Shown piece by piece: positions 17,961 through 27,037 of a stretch of DNA of 64,000 nt (positions within the stretch are counted from its first letter, which is position 1; each line of letters begins with the position of its first letter). The notes beneath the pieces are model-generated. The model had not been told where the DNA came from and did no database searches. It saw nothing but the letters and a program-made list of their open reading frames with translations. Both the position numbers and the translations under genes were made by a program. The stretch comes from an uncultured bacterium. Its GTDB lineage: Bacteria; Babelota; Babeliae; Babelales; Vermiphilaceae. Location of the stretch: contig OY969115.1 in assembly GCA_963698045.1 (NCBI GenBank), positions 843,467 through 907,466 of the forward strand, given 5' to 3'.

Positions 17961-19022
17961 CTCACGAATTCCAACTACTCCTGAAGCGCCAACATTTTTT
18001 GGAAATGCACCCGCAATTTGATGTGGCGGTCCGGAACTAACCGGAACATCTATTGAAGCCGGCTGCCCCTGTGCTTTATCTGTTTTGCTTGGTGTTGTTT
18101 CTGGTTTTTTTGCACTAGGCGGTGGTGGTGTTGGTGACTTTGGAGCAGATAATTGAGATGGTGGTAAAATTGGCACAGTAAATTTCCAGGTACTGTCCCG
18201 CTGATATGCGGCATCCCACAATACTAACGTAAATTCTGCAAAACGGGGCAATGGTGGCATGTCAGATTTTTGTTGGTCCTCTTTTTTTTGCTGACCCCAT
18301 TCTTTTGCTGTTTTATATTCTATCTTCTGCTCTTTAGGTTCTTCCTCTTTTTTTTCTCCCGGCTTTGCTGCAGCTTGTTTTTTTACTGGAACATAATAAT
18401 AGAGTACGGAAAGATTTTTTATGCCATCCAGCAGTTCATATGATCTGAACTCCTGTTTTTCTACCGGTATTTTAGGATCAAAAAATTCATACGCTAATTC
18501 ATCACCCTCTTGTCGCAGTAATTGGTAGGAATTTTTGTGCGCAGGGTCTGGCTGCAATCTATATACCATGCGCGCTAATTTAGGTTGTGGACGCCCCGCT
18601 TTTTTACTCCAGTACACCGGCATTGGATTATTGCTAATAAAGGTAAGCGTTTGCAAATTGGCACCTTTATTTTCACTAAAGAAAATTTTATCTACGGTTG
18701 GCTTTGGTTTTTCTGGCTCTTTCTTTTCTTCTTTTTTCTCTTCTTTTTTTGGCTCTTTTTTGTCACCCTCTTTTGCCTGTTCTTCTTTGGGTTCTTCTGC
18801 TTTTGCCGGTGGAGTTACCGGAACAAAGGCACCCATAAGATCATGTTCTAACTGATTCTGCGCTAACATAACACGGGATGTTTTATGAATAACGTTATCA
18901 AGATTTTTTTTGGTACGGTTTATTTGATATAAAGAAGTAAATAACGCAGCTAATAACATTCCGGAAATTACGGTTCCAATAAGCAGTTCTAATAAAGTAA
19001 AACCGGGAGTAGTATGCTTCAT
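17841..19022 (-). CDS. GspJ-like pseudopilin with a Lys/Glu-rich insert and a Pro-rich tail
   Basis: Prepilin-type N-terminus MKHTTPGFTLLELLIGTVISGMLLAALF. Position after the gspI-like gene. Low-complexity EEPKEEQAKEGDKKEPKKEEKKEEKKEPEKPKP insert. Confidence 0.6.
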   Translation of the reverse strand: MKHTTPGFTLLELLIGTVISGMLLAALFTSLYQINRTKKNLDNVIHKTSRVMLAQNQLEHDLMGAFVPVTPPAKAEEPKEEQAKEGDKKEPKKEEKKEEKKEPEKPKPTVDKIFFSENKGANLQTLTFISNNPMPVYWSKKAGRPQPKLARMVYRLQPDPAHKNSYQLLRQEGDELAYEFFDPKIPVEKQEFRSYELLDGIKNLSVLYYYVPVKKQAAAKPGEKKEEEPKEQKIEYKTAKEWGQQKKEDQQKSDMPPLPRFAEFTLVLWDAAYQRDSTWKFTVPILPPSQLSAPKSPTPPPPSAKKPETTPSKTDKAQGQPASIDVPVSSGPPHQIAGAFPKNVGASGVVGIREGTHIGPRFRPSNGPPSGMFAGLEDKLPSSPFSMHTIKPN

Positions 19023-19408
19023 TGTTTTATCTTTTCCGGTTTAAAAAGAAAATACAACGCCCGTTCTTTTTGCGGCCTATTTTCTTGCCGCCAACTATAC
19101 GTCACTTGCTCACGGTACATATCCGGAATTCCTTTAAGTGCAGACGCATCCCCAACGGGGCGTAGTTCATACGTAAACCCCTTCTCTTGCACTGTTGCTT
19201 GTTTTGCATCTTCTGGTTGCGTGCGGTGCATGGTTGCCAAAAACTGTTCAGCTTCTAATAATCTGCGCAAATGGTTTGCACGCTGAACTACTGATCGCAC
19301 TACTTGTGTTTGCAAGGCAAATAGTGGTGTTAGCACAATGCCCATTATGGCAACTGCAAGCATTACTTCTATAAGCATTTGACCAGAATTATTTTTGGAA
19401 TTCATCAT
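19019..19408 (-). CDS. GspI-like minor pseudopilin
   Basis: Start chosen at MMNSKNNSGQMLIEVMLAVAIMGIVL (prepilin-like G-x-x-L-I-E). Small size. 4-nt overlap with the downstream gene. Confidence 0.5.
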   Translation of the reverse strand: MMNSKNNSGQMLIEVMLAVAIMGIVLTPLFALQTQVVRSVVQRANHLRRLLEAEQFLATMHRTQPEDAKQATVQEKGFTYELRPVGDASALKGIPDMYREQVTYSWRQENRPQKERALYFLFKPEKIKQ

Positions 19409-19952
19409 ATATTTTAAACTGGGCCGTAAAAGGATTAAGTACCAAACCAACCGGATACGGCTTGCCTGCTTTTTTATCTTTAGTATCTACCAGATTAATA
19501 ATAACTTCTTGGGTTAAACCACCGGGCATAACAAAAAACCATGTAGAAAAATTTCTGGGATCATTATACCGTTTCATTTCATCAAAACGTTCAATTAAAA
19601 AATTCTTAATCACGTACCGGTCAGGAAATTTCATAATGGCATGGGCAGATTTTACCGGCACAGAAATTGGGTTACCATCACGATCTTTTTGTCCCGTTAC
19701 TTGTTGAACAGAAACAGTATTGTTATTTTTTTTAAAATCAAAAAGTACTTTAGTTGGCTTACCACTCACCATGGCCTGGCGCCATGCAAAACCAACTACG
19801 GTATTAAGCTGAGCCAAAAACTGCTCGCGCTCTTGACGGGGTTTGCGTGCTCCCAAATTAGGAAGCATCATAGAAGCAATAATACCAACCACCAATAACG
19901 CAAGCAGCAGTTCTATCAAGGTAAATGCGGGTGTATTATATTTCCCAGGCAT
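19389..19952 (-). CDS. GspH-like minor pseudopilin
   Basis: Prepilin N-terminus MPGKYNTPAFTLIELLLALLVVGIIASMM. 187 aa. Located between the gspG-like and gspI-like genes. Confidence 0.6.
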   Translation of the reverse strand: MPGKYNTPAFTLIELLLALLVVGIIASMMLPNLGARKPRQEREQFLAQLNTVVGFAWRQAMVSGKPTKVLFDFKKNNNTVSVQQVTGQKDRDGNPISVPVKSAHAIMKFPDRYVIKNFLIERFDEMKRYNDPRNFSTWFFVMPGGLTQEVIINLVDTKDKKAGKPYPVGLVLNPFTAQFKIYDEFQK

Positions 19953-20379
19953 CTATTTTATTCTTTCCTTTTTTACCACCAGACCCGTAAGAATACAGGT
20001 CATACGGATGCTGCCCGTCTGGTGTTAAACGATAGACTAATGGATTTCCCCATCCATCTTTTGGCGTACCTTTTTTATCTAGATATGGTCCACCCCAACC
20101 TTTACCCCGTTCGCCCTCTGGTTGTTTTATTAAATCTTGGAGAGTAGATGGATAGTTGTCTGTATCTGTTTGGAAAGAGTCTATACCACCTTTTACTGCA
20201 CGCAATATTGCAATAGTAGAAGTACGTTTAGCACGGTCCATTAATGTTTTTGCAATAAAGAAAGATCCGCCCAATAAAATACCACCAACGGCAATTACCA
20301 ACATTAACTCTATTAAGGTAAAGCCCTGTTTATTAGTGCGCAGTGAACGCCGCACCACTAATCGCTCTGCATACGTCAT
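19936..20379 (-). CDS. gspG: Type II secretion major pseudopilin
   Basis: KQGFTLIELMLVIAVGGIL cleavage/methylation motif. C-terminal GGPYL..DGWGNPLVY..YDLYSYGSGGK pattern typical of GspG. Confidence 0.75.
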   Translation of the reverse strand: MTYAERLVVRRSLRTNKQGFTLIELMLVIAVGGILLGGSFFIAKTLMDRAKRTSTIAILRAVKGGIDSFQTDTDNYPSTLQDLIKQPEGERGKGWGGPYLDKKGTPKDGWGNPLVYRLTPDGQHPYDLYSYGSGGKKGKNKIDAWEI

Positions 20380-20403
20380 GTAAACCCTTTCACATATAGT
20401 TTG

Positions 20404-21618
20404 TTAAACGCCAATACTTTGACTTAATTGCATCATTGGACTACCTATTGCATAGATAATAAAGCCAACCACTAGTGCCATAACTACTAACATTATAGGG
20501 CTAATTAAACTGGTGGCATTATCTATAAGTTCATTCAATTCAACTTCATAATTTTGTGCTACCAAGAGCAACATGCTGTCCAGCTGTCCGCTCTCTTCAC
20601 CTGTTTTAATTAAATGAATTGCAATAGGGGGGAACATATTTGTTTGTTTTAGATACTGCGCTATTTTACCCTGTTTTATTATTTTATCACGCGCATCAGA
20701 GAGTGTAGATGCTAAAATTCGATTATCTATTACCTTTACTACAATATCTAATGCTTCTGCTAAATTTACTCCGCCTTCTAATAACAACCCCAGCGTATAA
20801 CTAAACTGCACCACCGCATTAGTTTTGGTAACATACTTAATAACTGGCATACGAACTTTAAAGGTGTCCCACATGCGCCCACCAGAAGCAGAATTCTTCC
20901 AGTACCTAAATGCAATAATAGCAACAATTGGTATACCCAAAAAGAGATAAAAATATTTAGTGAGAGCGTCACCGGCACCAACTACAAAACGGGTTGCCCA
21001 CGGTAATTTGGTACCAATAGAAGTAAAGATGTCTGACATTTGGGGAATTACTACGGTAAGTAATACCACCACCACTAATGCCACAATAATTAATTGAATG
21101 AGCGGATATTGGAACGCACCTCTAATTTTTTTTGCGATCTCATCACGCCGTTCTAAATAACTGGTAAGGCGATCCAAAATAACTTCTAACCGGCCACTTG
21201 CTTCCCCCGCGCGCACTAGTTGAACGTAAATAGTGTCAAATATACTGGGATATTTTTTTAATGCTTCTGCAAAAGATGAACCTTGTTTAATGTCATCTTT
21301 AATAGTCACTACAATACTGCGCAATGTACCAGTAAACTGTTCTGTTAAGAGTTCCAGTGCTTCTACTAAGGGAATGCCAGACTTAAGTAATACCGCCAAT
21401 TGTTTGGTAAACAGAATTCTATCTTTGGGTTTAATTCCGCGTCTCAAAAGACGTTCAAAAAAACCACCTTGTGATGCTTGCGTGGTAGTGGTAACAGAGA
21501 TAACATACATACCCTGTTTAGAAAGCAATTCTTTAACGCTCGCTTGGCTGGGGGCATCTATAATGCCTTTTATCTTTTTGCCATCTTTGCCATACGCTTC
21601 ATAAGAATATAAAGCCAT
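20404..21618 (-). CDS. gspF: Type II secretion / type IV pilus platform protein (GspF/PilC family)
   Basis: ~400 aa, duplicated T2SS-F domain, three TM segments. N-terminus MALYSYEAYGKDGKK is typical. AAGGA RBS before the ATG at 21618. Confidence 0.85.
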   Translation of the reverse strand: MALYSYEAYGKDGKKIKGIIDAPSQASVKELLSKQGMYVISVTTTTQASQGGFFERLLRRGIKPKDRILFTKQLAVLLKSGIPLVEALELLTEQFTGTLRSIVVTIKDDIKQGSSFAEALKKYPSIFDTIYVQLVRAGEASGRLEVILDRLTSYLERRDEIAKKIRGAFQYPLIQLIIVALVVVVLLTVVIPQMSDIFTSIGTKLPWATRFVVGAGDALTKYFYLFLGIPIVAIIAFRYWKNSASGGRMWDTFKVRMPVIKYVTKTNAVVQFSYTLGLLLEGGVNLAEALDIVVKVIDNRILASTLSDARDKIIKQGKIAQYLKQTNMFPPIAIHLIKTGEESGQLDSMLLLVAQNYEVELNELIDNATSLISPIMLVVMALVVGFIIYAIGSPMMQLSQSIGV

Positions 21619-21744
21619 CCGCTTTTCCTTACAAAAAGCCACTAAAGTGGCAATGCTCTCATTTTCTCATTGAATAAATTTACTATTTCATGATAGGCTA
21701 TGCTGATGTTATATGTAACCACTGTATCACAAAGGGGATCTAAT

Positions 21745-22710
21745 ATGAAATCTCTCACAAAATATGCATTAATACTCCTTGTGCTGCCCACTGTAATAAT
21801 AGGCGCGGCACAAAAAGAACAAGCAAATATTCTTGCAAGCCAGGCATTGCAAGCATTACAAGACGAATTAAAAAATCCACGATATGTAAAAGAAATTTTA
21901 CCCAATGATTTTTCTTATCTTAAACAACTACTAGAATACAACAAACAAACTGACCAACCACGCACCTTTACCCGTTCAGTATTTAAACTGTTTACCAACT
22001 TGGTAAAAGGAGTGCGTTACATTAACGCCTATGCCTTCTCTGACTTGTTGGAACATATGCCAACATTACTGCAAAAATCTTTTGTAATGTACCGCACAGA
22101 AAATTTACTCCGCAATGTTACTATTTATGAATTAGACGCCTGTGACCGCTTTAAAAAGAGCGTCTCTACGCTGTTAATCTCTTCTTTTAATAATAACTAT
22201 CAAGAGTTCAAAAAAAATCCTCAAGGATTTTTGGATACCTTAAGTAATGAGATTTTAGATCTTAATGAAGAAGAAACCAAAGTAGAATTACTCCGCCAAT
22301 CCGTCATTCGCTTTTTAGAGATTGCATTAAATAAATTGGTGTGGAGCGTAGAAGACAAAGAAGAAAGTTGGAACTCTGTTAAGAAAATATCTAACCAACT
22401 TGCAGGCTTTATGGACAAAGCAATCTTGTGTGACGTAAATGATCTTGATGATCTGTATTGGACGTTAGTACACCGCTACTGCTATTTCTTAGAACTTAAC
22501 AGCTCAGAATTCACCTTAGAATTTTATGAAAAAATAAAAGCAGATATCTCTACATCACATTGCTTAATGCTTGAATTAGAAGAACAAGATTCTTTTATAG
22601 AAAAAAAGAGCAGCGTGTTTTTAAAAACTATTATGGCAAATGAAGCGCACCAACGTGCGTTGCTCTTAGCAATGCAAGAAAATGCCCAAACATCTGTAGT
22701 GCGTAATTAA
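21745..22710 (+). CDS. Secreted helical hypothetical protein (321 aa)
   Basis: ATG at 21745 preceded by AAGGGGA. Signal peptide MKSLTKYALILLVLPTVIIGAAQ. Divergent from gspF. Confidence 0.65.
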   Translation: MKSLTKYALILLVLPTVIIGAAQKEQANILASQALQALQDELKNPRYVKEILPNDFSYLKQLLEYNKQTDQPRTFTRSVFKLFTNLVKGVRYINAYAFSDLLEHMPTLLQKSFVMYRTENLLRNVTIYELDACDRFKKSVSTLLISSFNNNYQEFKKNPQGFLDTLSNEILDLNEEETKVELLRQSVIRFLEIALNKLVWSVEDKEESWNSVKKISNQLAGFMDKAILCDVNDLDDLYWTLVHRYCYFLELNSSEFTLEFYEKIKADISTSHCLMLELEEQDSFIEKKSSVFLKTIMANEAHQRALLLAMQENAQTSVVRN

Positions 22711-22761
22711 CGCCCTTTTTGGAATAAGAAGAAACCATTATAAACTCGTAAAAAAAAGCTA

Positions 22762-22984
22762 CAGTCCGTTCGTCCTGAGCCTGTCGAAGGATATGAACGG
22801 AAAAAGAGAATTGTTATGAAACATGCTTTTTTTAAAGAACTAGACTTTAACGAACCGTTCACACCCTTCGACTCCTTCGACGGGCTCAGGATGAGCGGAA
22901 GAAGGAGCGTTCCTGGTGAGCTTCCGACTACGCCAAAGCGCTTCGTCGCGACGGCGAGTGACGAACTATCAGGGCGAACGGACA
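22762..22984. repeat. GC-rich palindromic (MITE/REP-like) element
   Basis: Terminal inverted repeats GTCCGTTCGTCC / GGGCGAACGGAC. Internal inverted pair CGTTCGTCCTGAGCCTGTCGAAGG / CCTTCGACGGGCTCAGGATGAGCGG. GC far above the surroundings. Confidence 0.6.
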
Positions 22985-23070
22985 TTATTATTAAGTAAAA
23001 ATTTTCCAAAACTGCGTTAAGTTCTAAATATAGCTTTCAACTTAAAATATTTTTTATTCGTTAAGTTAAC

Positions 23071-23098
23071 GCCCCGGCGACAAACCGGGGCTTTTTTT
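23071..23098 (+). terminator. Rho-independent terminator (plus strand)
   Basis: GCCCCGG-cgacaaa-CCGGGGC followed by TTTTTTT. Confidence 0.6.
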
Positions 23099-23111
23099 GT
23101 ACGCAAATAAT

Positions 23112-25745
23112 TTATGCACAAATTGTTTTACTCATAGTCCACTTAGCGCCATGATGCAGCAAATGAGCTTCTTCCTCTTTTATTTTTTCCATTAATTCCC
23201 GTACAGAAGATTCTACCGGGTGCTCTATTTTTTGCATAATGGCCGTTGCAACCGTATGCATACTGGCAGGAATATCTTTAAGATCAAATTGCAGATTCTC
23301 TTTAAAAACAATAGGCGGAACAACCTGCAAATCTATATCTAACTCAAAAGAGAGCATTGGACTTTTACCCGCTTTTAAATCTTTACCGGTCACTTCTATT
23401 TTAGCTGTTTTTAGATTGATTGCGTCTAGCGCTCCCAATGCTACCGCTTCAAATATTTTTGCAATTTCCTGATAGCCTTCTTTTAACTTTTGCGTTACGT
23501 GCAGCTCATGGTTAATCTGTTCCACTTCACTAGCTACCGCATGCAATGCGTCATCAATTTTAGTTTCTGCTTCCCAAAACCCTTTTTCTATGCGGGCCAA
23601 AATGTGGAGCAACCCATGTTCTACAAACTGTTCACAACTTTTTGGAAATGGTTTACCATGTTTTCCGTGACTTGCTTCCCATAATGCATACGCAGGAATA
23701 TCCACAATTTTAAAATCCGCACGGCATACTTTAAACTGATCATTAGTTTGTTGCACAACTTCATTATAGAGCAGCAGTTGTTTAAAATTACTGTAGCGTT
23801 CATCTTGTAACACATTATCTAATGAAGCCTGCAGATGCTGTATTTTAGGTTCCAGCTCATCTTTAATTTTTACATTAGCAAGCGCATGTAACTCTCTGGC
23901 AATTGCTGCTTTAAAATCTTGCTGAAATTGCATGATTAAATAAAATTCTTCAAAGTGTGATGGTTCAACTTGCAAAGAGACCGTTGTGCTAAAGGCATTC
24001 GCTAACGTAAAGGTAAAGCCAACATCAAAACAACTGCTGCTTAAAATAAACTCTTGTACATCAACGGCAAGATCAATCAATGGCACTTCTACCTTAGCAG
24101 TAAACCCTAACAGATTGTTTGCAGGCTTGTTGCCATTAATGGTTAATTTACCGGTTAAGTTAGAGATGGAAATAACGGTGCTCTTAAATGGCGGCATAGT
24201 TACTTGACCAGAAATTAGATATGTTTCTGGATCTATAATTAATTGCAACTCCGCTTCTCTGTGTGCAATCTCTGCATCAAACTTACCCCAAAAACCTTGG
24301 GGAACATTAGTAGAACCCAATTGCGTACTTTCTGATGCAAAATAAATACCACTTCCTTTTTTTAACACTATCTCTGGCAAATTTCTGGTGTCTGTTGGGG
24401 AACTATCATGATCTATTTTATGTGCCATACGTGAAAACCATTCTACTAATGGAGAGAAATTAAGATCCCCTTCTAACTCTGTCCCAAATGCAATAATAGG
24501 CAGTCCACGAGATTCCAAAGAAACTAACCCTTCCATCATAAGATCAAACTCTTTTTCTTTACCTAATGAAAATTCACCCGCTAATCCAAACCCAGTGAAT
24601 GGAATGCCCATGGCAAGAACAACCCCTTCAAAGGCATAATCCACAATAATTTTTAGATTTACATTCCCTAAGCCCAACCAACTAATACCAAATGCAGGAT
24701 CCCACATACCTTGCATACCGGCAGTTATAGATACTTGCGTAGGACTAATATCACCTTCTAAGCTCAGCGTTAATGGTTCCAGTTGGCTTTTAATAGACAA
24801 CACCGTCTTACCAGACAATGCCAACTGCTGTTTAAGTGGATTAAAGGTAGCAGTTAAGTCTCCCATCATAATGGATCTTATTTTAAAAAAATGCTCATCA
24901 AACGCAGATATTTTTCCCTCTGACCGCAGCTGATCAAAATCTATGCCAAACTCAAAGGGCAGATCTACCTCTACAATTAAGCCATGCAAAATAGAACCAG
25001 ACAACGGGAATGAAACACCAATAGTTGCTGGTTTACCACTTGCCTTAAATGAACTGGTATGCCGCACTTTATCCACAAAACGTGCAGCCGCTTCAAAGGG
25101 ACCAGACAGTACGTTGCATTCTGCTGCAAGCGTTACGCCGGTATTAACTTTAACCGGTATGGTGGATGTAGTGGCAAAACTAAAAGAACTGGGAACTTGT
25201 GAAAAGAGAATATGTGCCGCAGGTAATTGAATATGCTGCAAAGAAGGATGGTTAGACGCATCTACATCTACCAAGGCAGTAAATTCAGCAAGATTATTGG
25301 TTTGACTAGCCTGGAACCCAATACCACGATAGAGTGTTCCATCATTCATTTGTATGGTAAAAAATTCACCGGTGCATTCCTCTCCCTCTATAATTAAACT
25401 TCCCATTGCCACATATCCTTGTGCAGAATTAGCGGGCATAGTGGTTGGTTTTACAATGCGCGGAGTAATTAATTGTATAAAGGGTTTATTGCATAATGTT
25501 ACAACGGTTGTTGTTTCTAATGAACTGAGCGCATTAAGTTCTGCTAATTTAAACCCTATATTGTCTAATGTATTTATAACCTCTGGCCCAAACTGGCTTG
25601 CCCCATCAGTAAAGAATGTAACCAGACTTTTGAACGCAGTAGTAACGGTAGAAGAGACCGTTGCCTGCACAGTTATACACGCAGCTAACAGTACCGTTGC
25701 AGCAAGCAGTTTAAACTTAGAAACAGGAAATTGGAAGGTCATCAT
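23112..25745 (-). CDS. Giant secreted protein family, member P1 (877 aa, short form)
   Basis: AGGAGA RBS. Signal peptide MMTFQFPVSKFKLLAATVLLAACITVQA. Shares blocks with P2/P3 (AQGY..GEFFT, GMWDPAFG.SWLGLGN, LPEIVLKKGSG). Confidence 0.8.
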   Translation of the reverse strand: MMTFQFPVSKFKLLAATVLLAACITVQATVSSTVTTAFKSLVTFFTDGASQFGPEVINTLDNIGFKLAELNALSSLETTTVVTLCNKPFIQLITPRIVKPTTMPANSAQGYVAMGSLIIEGEECTGEFFTIQMNDGTLYRGIGFQASQTNNLAEFTALVDVDASNHPSLQHIQLPAAHILFSQVPSSFSFATTSTIPVKVNTGVTLAAECNVLSGPFEAAARFVDKVRHTSSFKASGKPATIGVSFPLSGSILHGLIVEVDLPFEFGIDFDQLRSEGKISAFDEHFFKIRSIMMGDLTATFNPLKQQLALSGKTVLSIKSQLEPLTLSLEGDISPTQVSITAGMQGMWDPAFGISWLGLGNVNLKIIVDYAFEGVVLAMGIPFTGFGLAGEFSLGKEKEFDLMMEGLVSLESRGLPIIAFGTELEGDLNFSPLVEWFSRMAHKIDHDSSPTDTRNLPEIVLKKGSGIYFASESTQLGSTNVPQGFWGKFDAEIAHREAELQLIIDPETYLISGQVTMPPFKSTVISISNLTGKLTINGNKPANNLLGFTAKVEVPLIDLAVDVQEFILSSSCFDVGFTFTLANAFSTTVSLQVEPSHFEEFYLIMQFQQDFKAAIARELHALANVKIKDELEPKIQHLQASLDNVLQDERYSNFKQLLLYNEVVQQTNDQFKVCRADFKIVDIPAYALWEASHGKHGKPFPKSCEQFVEHGLLHILARIEKGFWEAETKIDDALHAVASEVEQINHELHVTQKLKEGYQEIAKIFEAVALGALDAINLKTAKIEVTGKDLKAGKSPMLSFELDIDLQVVPPIVFKENLQFDLKDIPASMHTVATAIMQKIEHPVESSVRELMEKIKEEEAHLLHHGAKWTMSKTICA

Positions 25746-25900
25746 GAATTCTCCTTTTTTTGTTTAGTTATATATGAACTCATGTAAAACCTACTAAATA
25801 GTTAACTAATTAGTAAAAGGATAGTGCAGCGTAGCGGATCTTAGCCATGAATATGCAGAAAATAGGACGGGGTAAAAAATGGTAAGTGTGCATCCGCTTT

Positions 25901-25931
25901 AAAAAAAAGGCCCCGGTGTTATCCAGGGCGC
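25901..25931 (-). terminator. Rho-independent terminator after 26009..26758
   Basis: Minus-strand CCCUGG / CCGGGG stem followed by U8. Duplicated at 28968..28997. Confidence 0.55.
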
Positions 25932-26008
25932 TTTGTATACGGTAATGAATACTTTTACTTGCAAATAGAGAAGACAAATCCCTCTACTATAAGATCATTA
26001 CTTGGTCA

Positions 26009-26758
26009 TTATCTTGGCTCGTGTGCTGCTTTAACCAATTCATTCACGAAGGCTTCCAGTTTTACAATTCTAATTCTTTGAGCAATCGGATCTACACCTT
26101 TTTGATCCTTTGTTTCTTGCAATAGTTTATTTACTTGCCCATGTAAGGTTAGTAATTCATCTTGTGGAATGAGAGCTAACAATAAACCTCTTGAAGTCCC
26201 GCGACTCTTTTCTAATGCTGATTTCACTGAAGCTTTTTCTAATTTGTTCTGACCACTTTGTAATATTCGCTTTCCTGGCTCAGAAGCATCAATCGTTGCT
26301 TTTCTGCCAATCGCCTTACCTAATTCAGCCCAAACATCACTAAACTGTTTAATAAGATCTGCATTTACGCCTCTTTGATTCTTTATATTTTCATTCTGTT
26401 TAATTGCTTCTTGCAGTAGATCGTATACCAGCAATTGAAGCGTCATTAATTCTTCTTTTGGTATAACTGCAAAGAACAAACTTTCCAGAGTCCAACTTCT
26501 ACTCGCTTCAAATACTTTTTCTAATTGTTTACTTCTATCATCCAGTAAGTTTCGCTTTACTGGTTCAGGAATAATTACTGGACCAGCTTGACTTACGCTT
26601 CCCCTTAGTCCAACCATTTCAGAACCTTTTACTACCGGATGATCTAATCCACCGCCACCCACACGAGCAAATTCCCTCACATATTCACTTGCTTGTAAAC
26701 TGGATGCAAATACAGTAACTAATGTCAAAGTTACTATTTTATTACACATATTCTTCAT
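26009..26758 (-). CDS. Secreted two-repeat protein, R family (249 aa)
   Basis: Start at MKNMCNKIVTLTLVTVFASSLQA (AAGGAG RBS), as in paralog 27038..27793. Contains an internal duplication of a ~85-aa module. Confidence 0.75.
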   Translation of the reverse strand: MKNMCNKIVTLTLVTVFASSLQASEYVREFARVGGGGLDHPVVKGSEMVGLRGSVSQAGPVIIPEPVKRNLLDDRSKQLEKVFEASRSWTLESLFFAVIPKEELMTLQLLVYDLLQEAIKQNENIKNQRGVNADLIKQFSDVWAELGKAIGRKATIDASEPGKRILQSGQNKLEKASVKSALEKSRGTSRGLLLALIPQDELLTLHGQVNKLLQETKDQKGVDPIAQRIRIVKLEAFVNELVKAAHEPR

Positions 26759-26886
26759 AAAAAAACACTCCTTAAGTAGTTTATTACATAAACTCTTCAT
26801 AATATCTTCGTTTTTTTATCTGCGTATACTGCTATTACAACAAACAAGAGGAGAAAAATTTCTCCCCTTGCTTTAAAAATAATCAC

Positions 26887-27019
26887 TTACTTAGTGCCAG
26901 CTACTTTTTCTTCTTGATCAGCGATAGCCTTATCTACGGCTTCGTCATCTATTTGTAAATCGCGAATATATCCTACTGACATGTGTTTATCTTTTGCAGT
27001 TTTTAACGCGTGTTTAATC
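26887..27019 (-). pseudogene. 3' fragment (~44 codons) of a copy of the 29948..30253 gene
   Basis: Near-identical to 29948..30080. Homology stops abruptly at ~27019, and the 27038..27793 gene follows. Confidence 0.7.
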
Positions 27020-27037
27020 AGTTCATTACTTGTGTCT

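Noticed and set aside
19936-21618. Interpreting the gspF/gspG genes as a type IV pilus (pilC/pilA) system rather than T2SS
   Set aside because: Not fully excluded. However, the major subunit has the GspG-type C-terminal pattern (GPYL..WGNP..Y..YDLYS.G.GGK). It is followed by H-, I- and J-like genes and a K-like minor pseudopilin with the GKIN.N motif, which is the T2SS arrangement.
21642-21905. 87-aa minus-strand ORF upstream of gspF
   Set aside because: It overlaps the better-supported plus-strand gene 21745..22710 (RBS plus signal peptide) and the divergent promoter region. It has no RBS or recognisable features.
22707-23009. ORFs 22707..23009 (-) and 22816..22998 (+) over the GC-rich region
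   Set aside because: Both run through a palindromic GC-rich repeat and overlap each other on opposite strands. Neither has an RBS, and their translations (PSTGSGRT, FDGLRMSG) are the type produced by translating such repeats.
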